Below are positions 59,655 through 64,000 of a DNA stretch of 64,000 bases, one piece after another (position 1 is the stretch's first letter; the number at the start of each line of letters is the position of its first letter). Below the pieces are notes generated by a model that made no database searches, was not told the origin of the DNA, and saw only the letters and a program-made list of their open reading frames with translations. A program made the translations under genes and the position numbers. The DNA lies in assembly GCA_045593265.1 (NCBI GenBank), contig JAZNWH010000089.1, positions 741-64,740 of the forward strand, written 5' to 3'. Source of the stretch: Clostridia bacterium. GTDB lineage: Bacteria; Bacillota; Clostridia; RGIG6154.

Positions 59655-60596
59655 ATGGATATTATTATGGGAAAAGATTTTGTTTTTGGAATATGTGCCG
59701 ACGTTCATCACGGACTTTGGGGCGTGGATGAAAGTTGGAGAATGGAAAAATTCGTTAATGAAGCAAAAGAAAGAAATGCAGATTTTATTATACAGTTAGG
59801 CGATTTTATTTGCCCTGATGAACTTGGCAAAAAAATGCTTGACGTATGGAACAGCTTTGACGGTGGAAAATACCACGTTCTTGGCAATCACGATACTGAA
59901 TTTGGTGGAAAAGAAATTATGATGGCCTTTCAGGGACAAAAAGAGAAATATTACAGTTTTGACCGCGGTGATTTTCATTTTGTTGTTCTTGATACAAACT
60001 ACACAAAAATCAACGGTGAATATGTTGATTACAAAGATAAAGACCACAGCGGAGCAAACTTCAGTTGTTATATACCGCCCTTTGAACTTGAATGGCTTGA
60101 AGAAGATTTAAACAAAACCGATAAACGCACATTCATATTTACTCACGCAACACTTGCACTTGGCGAATGGACAATCTACAATTGGGTAGCTTTTATGAAT
60201 GTATTATGGCGTGTAAATGAAAAAGCAGGCTATAATAAAGTAACAATGTGCTTTTCAGGACATGACCATGCTGATGGGTATCTTTTTAAAGGCGGAGTTC
60301 ATTATGTAATGGTAAATTCTATGTCCAAAAAAATAATCGGAATGGATTACACAATGAAATCAAGTGCTACTCCATACATAGAGAAAAACTGTGAAGATAT
60401 TTATAAAGCACATGTAATGCCTTTTAAAGACCCACTTTATATGTTTGTAAAAATTAAAGAGAACGGTCTTATTCAAATGATTGGAAAACAGTCCGAATGG
60501 GACGGTGTTTCACCTACTGAAGCACATTGGGACCATTTTGCATCACCTGAGATTGCATACAGGGAGGTATGGGCGAATGGCATGTGCGAATTATAA
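59655..60596 (+). CDS. Calcineurin-like metallophosphoesterase
   Basis: GDxxD / GNHD / GH motifs (..IQLGDFICPDE.., LGNHDTE, GHDHAD). Confidence 0.75.
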   Translation: MDIIMGKDFVFGICADVHHGLWGVDESWRMEKFVNEAKERNADFIIQLGDFICPDELGKKMLDVWNSFDGGKYHVLGNHDTEFGGKEIMMAFQGQKEKYYSFDRGDFHFVVLDTNYTKINGEYVDYKDKDHSGANFSCYIPPFELEWLEEDLNKTDKRTFIFTHATLALGEWTIYNWVAFMNVLWRVNEKAGYNKVTMCFSGHDHADGYLFKGGVHYVMVNSMSKKIIGMDYTMKSSATPYIEKNCEDIYKAHVMPFKDPLYMFVKIKENGLIQMIGKQSEWDGVSPTEAHWDHFASPEIAYREVWANGMCEL

Positions 60597-62811
60597 TCTT
60601 AAATTAAATGACGGTTGGAAATTTCATTTGGGAAATTTCCAACCTAAAAAAAATATGCCTATAGCTATGTTTCATTTATCTTCAGAAGCCGGGGGTGCCT
60701 TATTGGAATTTGAAGATTTTGAAAAAGAAGAATTATGGAAAGAGATACCTGTCCCCCACGACTGGATGACAGAGTTAAAGTTTAACAAAAACTACGATGC
60801 AGCAGGTGGATATAAAAAAAGAACTGTAGGATGGTACATAAATAAATTTACTTTAGGTAAAGAAAATATTGAAGATGCGAAGCTGATTTTTGACGGAGTT
60901 ATGGGAAAAACTACCGTTTATGTAAATGGCATTATAGCTTGTCGTAATTTCAGCGGATATAATCGTTTCTCCTGTGAAATAGGAGACTATCTCCTCCCCA
61001 ATTCAGAAAATGAAATTGCACTTTTTGTAGATGCAACCCGTTGGGAGGGCTGGTGGTATGAGGGTGCAGGCCTTTACAGAAAAGCATATATCTGCTTCCG
61101 TGAAAAATCACATTTTGATACAGATAAATTCTTTGTAAGAGGAATAAAACACAACGAAGAATGGAAAATCAACGTTGATTTTGATGTTGTAAACAAAAAC
61201 GATGATTTATCAGTAGATTTATCTCTTTACAATTCAGATGAGACTTTAGTGTTTAACAAGAGTGTTTCTGTTTTTGACAATAACGCACAGTTAAATGTTG
61301 AAAATCCTATTTTGTGGAGTTGCAACTCCCCTTATCTCTATAAGCTTGTTTGTACACTTAAAAGAAACAACAAAGTTATTGACACTTTAAATGCATCTGT
61401 AGGTTTAAGAAAAATTGAGTGGATTGCCGATAAAGGAATGTATTTAAACGGAGAACACTGCAAAGTTAAAGGCATTTGTATCCACCAGGATCACGCAGGT
61501 GTTGGTATTGCAGTAACAAAAGAGCTTATTGACTACAGATTATCTGTATTAAAAGATTTGGGAGTTAATGCCATACGCTGTGCTCATAATGCCCCTGACG
61601 AGGCACTACTGGAAGCTTGCGACAAGTTAGGTATTCTTGTTATGAGTGAAAACAGACATTTCGGTGTGTCGGAAGATATTTTTCATCAGCTCGATAGCAT
61701 GGTAAAGGTTTCAAGAAACCACCCATGTGTTTTCCTTTATTCATTGTTTAATGAAGAACCATGGCAATCTGAAAAACGAGGACAACGAATTGCTGAAAAA
61801 ATGCGTGCAAGAATTTTAACCCTTGACAATACCCGAGCAATTACAGGTGCTCAAAATGGTGGAACTACCGAAAAGGAAAATGCATCCTGTGCACTTGATG
61901 TAATCGGTATTAACTACTTTATAAAAGACTATGAGCAAACACATAAAAATTCTCCTCACAAGCTGATTTTAGGTACAGAAAATTGTCCTACAAACGCTAC
62001 AAGAGGCGAATATAAAACCTCCAGAGAAAAACAAATTTTTGATAACTATGGCGAGGAGCATGAAGAATTTACAGAATCCTTAGAAGAAACCATGATAAAT
62101 ATGTTTTCAAAAGAATATGTTGCAGGCTGCTTTGCATGGAGTGGTTTTGACTATAGAGGAGAACCTACCCCATTTGGATGGCCAAGTGTTGTTTCCCATT
62201 GGGGCTTTACAGATTACTGTGGTTTTAAAAAAGACACAGCATACCTTCTTTCTGCCTGGTATAAAGATGAATTGATTGCTCATCTTATTCCAAAAAAGAA
62301 TTTGAAAAAAAGTGAAAAGGTTCGCGTATGTGTATATACAAATGCAGATTTTGCAGAGCTTTTTGAAGACGATAAATCTTTAGGAAAAATTCCTGTTAAA
62401 AACAGACGTGCTCAGTGGGACATAATTTCTAAAGGAAAAAATCTGAAAGTTTGTGCAGAAAAAGGAATTTACAAGGTATATGACGAAATAAAAATATCAG
62501 GAAAAGAAGCTGATATTGTTTTAAATGATATATCCTTTGAAAACAGCGATATTCATATTATCAATATGGAAGTAACAGATAAAAACGCTACTTTTATTCC
62601 ATCATATTGTGGCAAAGTTACTTTAAGTGTTGAAAACGGGGAAATACTTGGTCTTGGCAACGGAAACCCGAACTCACATCATAATGAAAAAGGAAATTCA
62701 ATTAATTTTTTCAACGGAAAGGCTCAGGCAATAATAAAGTCAAAAGGCGGAAAAATTACTGCTGAATGTAAAAACTTACCTGCAGTTACTTTGAATTTAA
62801 AGGGTGATTAA
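60577..62811 (+). CDS. Glycoside hydrolase family 2 enzyme (beta-galactosidase/beta-glucuronidase-like)
   Basis: ..LNDGWKF.. N-terminal sugar-binding domain; TIM-barrel NEEPW-type acid/base region (..LYSLFNEEPW..); start chosen at ATG 60577 after an AGGGAGG ribosome-binding site rather than the upstream 60481 in-frame extension. Confidence 0.8.
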   Translation: MACANYNLKLNDGWKFHLGNFQPKKNMPIAMFHLSSEAGGALLEFEDFEKEELWKEIPVPHDWMTELKFNKNYDAAGGYKKRTVGWYINKFTLGKENIEDAKLIFDGVMGKTTVYVNGIIACRNFSGYNRFSCEIGDYLLPNSENEIALFVDATRWEGWWYEGAGLYRKAYICFREKSHFDTDKFFVRGIKHNEEWKINVDFDVVNKNDDLSVDLSLYNSDETLVFNKSVSVFDNNAQLNVENPILWSCNSPYLYKLVCTLKRNNKVIDTLNASVGLRKIEWIADKGMYLNGEHCKVKGICIHQDHAGVGIAVTKELIDYRLSVLKDLGVNAIRCAHNAPDEALLEACDKLGILVMSENRHFGVSEDIFHQLDSMVKVSRNHPCVFLYSLFNEEPWQSEKRGQRIAEKMRARILTLDNTRAITGAQNGGTTEKENASCALDVIGINYFIKDYEQTHKNSPHKLILGTENCPTNATRGEYKTSREKQIFDNYGEEHEEFTESLEETMINMFSKEYVAGCFAWSGFDYRGEPTPFGWPSVVSHWGFTDYCGFKKDTAYLLSAWYKDELIAHLIPKKNLKKSEKVRVCVYTNADFAELFEDDKSLGKIPVKNRRAQWDIISKGKNLKVCAEKGIYKVYDEIKISGKEADIVLNDISFENSDIHIINMEVTDKNATFIPSYCGKVTLSVENGEILGLGNGNPNSHHNEKGNSINFFNGKAQAIIKSKGGKITAECKNLPAVTLNLKGD

Positions 62812-64000
62812 ATGAAAGCTGATATTACTGTAAATAAAAAATTTACAATCGGAAATATTGATAAACGATTATATGGCTCCTTTATAGAACACATCGGCAG
62901 AGTTGTTTATGAAGGAATTTATGAACCGGAACATACATCTTCAAACCAAGACGGTTTCAGAGAAGACGTTATCTCTTTGGTAAAACAGCTTGGTGTAAGT
63001 GCTGTAAGATATCCGGGTGGTAATTTTGTTTCTTCCTATAACTGGGAGGACGGAATTGGTGATAAAAGCAAAAGACCTAAAAAAATCAACTCATCCTGGA
63101 ATTCAATAGAAACAAATCAGGTTGGAATTGATGATTTTTCAAAGTGGGCAAAAGACACAAATACCGAAATAATGATGGCAGTTAATCTCGGTACAAGAGG
63201 TGCTCAGGATGCACAGAATTTGTTGGAATACTGCAATCTTGACACCGATACCTATTACGCAAATCTGCGTCGTCAAAACGGTTTTGAAAAACCCTTCGGT
63301 ATAAAATTGTGGTGTCTTGGAAACGAAATGGGTGGTCTCGGACAAATTGGAAGAAAAACTGCTGAAGATTACGGAAAGCTTGCTTTGGAAACTGCCAAGC
63401 ATATGAGACGAATTGACCCGTCAATTGAACTTTGCGCCAGTGGAAGCAGTCATATTAATATGCCCGATTTCGGCAAATGGGATTATACTGTTCTTGATTA
63501 TACATATGATTTTGTTGACTATATTTCTGTTCATCAGTATTATAGTAATTCTACAGTAACTGAGGACTATCTCGCAAGAGGAGAAGACCTTGACAGTTAC
63601 ATAAAATCAATCGTCGCTATATGTGATGCAGTTAAAGCAAAAAAACACTCACAAAAAACTATCAATATAGCTTTCGATGAGTGGAACGTATGGACAGACG
63701 GAGTGCTCGGAAATATACCGGAATTTGAAACAGCTCCTCATATCGGAGAAATGGCTTACAGTCTTAAAGACGCTTTGGTAGTAGGTACAATGCTTATGAC
63801 ACTTCAAAACAACTGTAACCGTGTAAAAATTGCGTGTCTTGCTCAGCTTGTCAATGCTATTGCACCTATTATGACAGAAAAAAACGGAAAAGCATGGGTC
63901 CAGACAATTTTTTACCCCTTTATGCTTGCATCCCGTTTTGGACAAGGTACTGTGCTTCAACAGAGTTTAAACTGTGAAACCTACTCAACTGAAAAACATA
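62812..64000 (+). CDS. Alpha-L-arabinofuranosidase (GH51), 3'-truncated by the window end
   Basis: MKADITVNKKFTIGNIDKRLYGSFIEHIGRVVYEGIYEP..VRYPGGNFVSSYNWEDGIG..WCLGNEMGG is collinear with the GH51 consensus. Confidence 0.85.
   Translation, partial: MKADITVNKKFTIGNIDKRLYGSFIEHIGRVVYEGIYEPEHTSSNQDGFREDVISLVKQLGVSAVRYPGGNFVSSYNWEDGIGDKSKRPKKINSSWNSIETNQVGIDDFSKWAKDTNTEIMMAVNLGTRGAQDAQNLLEYCNLDTDTYYANLRRQNGFEKPFGIKLWCLGNEMGGLGQIGRKTAEDYGKLALETAKHMRRIDPSIELCASGSSHINMPDFGKWDYTVLDYTYDFVDYISVHQYYSNSTVTEDYLARGEDLDSYIKSIVAICDAVKAKKHSQKTINIAFDEWNVWTDGVLGNIPEFETAPHIGEMAYSLKDALVVGTMLMTLQNNCNRVKIACLAQLVNAIAPIMTEKNGKAWVQTIFYPFMLASRFGQGTVLQQSLNCETYSTEKH

Noticed and set aside
60481-60576. Upstream in-frame extension of the GH2 ORF (MENSPNGTVFHLL..)
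   Set aside because: It has no ribosome-binding site and overlaps the preceding gene by 116 bp. An ATG at 60577 with an AGGGAGG ribosome-binding site gives a typical GH2 N-terminus.
63139-63960. Three minus-strand ORFs of 80-103 aa
   Set aside because: They lie entirely inside the strongly supported GH51 arabinofuranosidase reading frame on the plus strand, and are antisense artefacts.

Overview
This is an AT-rich chromosomal segment of about 35% GC with Firmicutes/Clostridia-type gene content. No rRNA gene, convincing tRNA gene, CRISPR array or recognisable transposase is present. Most of the window is core machinery. Positions 7.2-22 kb hold a class I lysyl-tRNA synthetase and a division/cell-wall (dcw) cluster on the minus strand: mraZ-rsmH-ftsL-PBP-murE-murF-mraY-ftsW-murA-divIB-ftsZ, with murD, murG and ftsA absent from their canonical positions in this cluster (murA sits where murG normally does). 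Positions 31-37 kb hold rplU-rpmA-obg-nadD-yqeK-rsfS-leuS. Positions 43-51 kb hold the rimP-nusA-ylxR-L7Ae-infB-rbfA-nrnA-truB-ribF operon, followed by rpsT. The accessory regions are as follows. (1) Positions 0.9-7.2 kb are an inverted duplication of a module pairing a glycyl-radical-enzyme (GRE) family gene with a divergent AraC regulator. Both 750-aa GRE paralogs carry a variant glycyl-radical motif, RV/IxGF instead of the canonical RVxGY, and no activating enzyme is encoded in the window. This module is preceded by a mostly non-coding 900-bp stretch containing a symmetric array of eight TGAATTG/CAATTCA half-sites at about 20-bp spacing. (2) Positions 22.2-25.3 kb hold an mntR-like DtxR-family regulator next to feoA-feoB and a small Cys-rich FeoB-associated peptide, with two AGTTAG-N6-CTAACT palindromes. 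(3) Positions 25.3-31 kb hold a module made of an AraC regulator, an ABC exporter, a leaderless 146-aa S26-type peptidase, two DMT permeases and an intracellular beta-helix protein. (4) Positions 37.3-37.5 kb are a GC-rich structured intergenic island that is a candidate sRNA. (5) Positions 51.4-64 kb are a carbohydrate locus. It contains a YesM/YesN-type two-component system, a cation diffusion facilitator (CDF) transporter, and a LacI-controlled operon (L-fucose/L-arabinose-isomerase-family protein plus ketose 3-epimerase) with a perfect 39-bp palindromic operator. It ends with a metallophosphoesterase, a GH2 glycosidase and a partial GH51 arabinofuranosidase. Several long structured intergenic regions lie in this locus.
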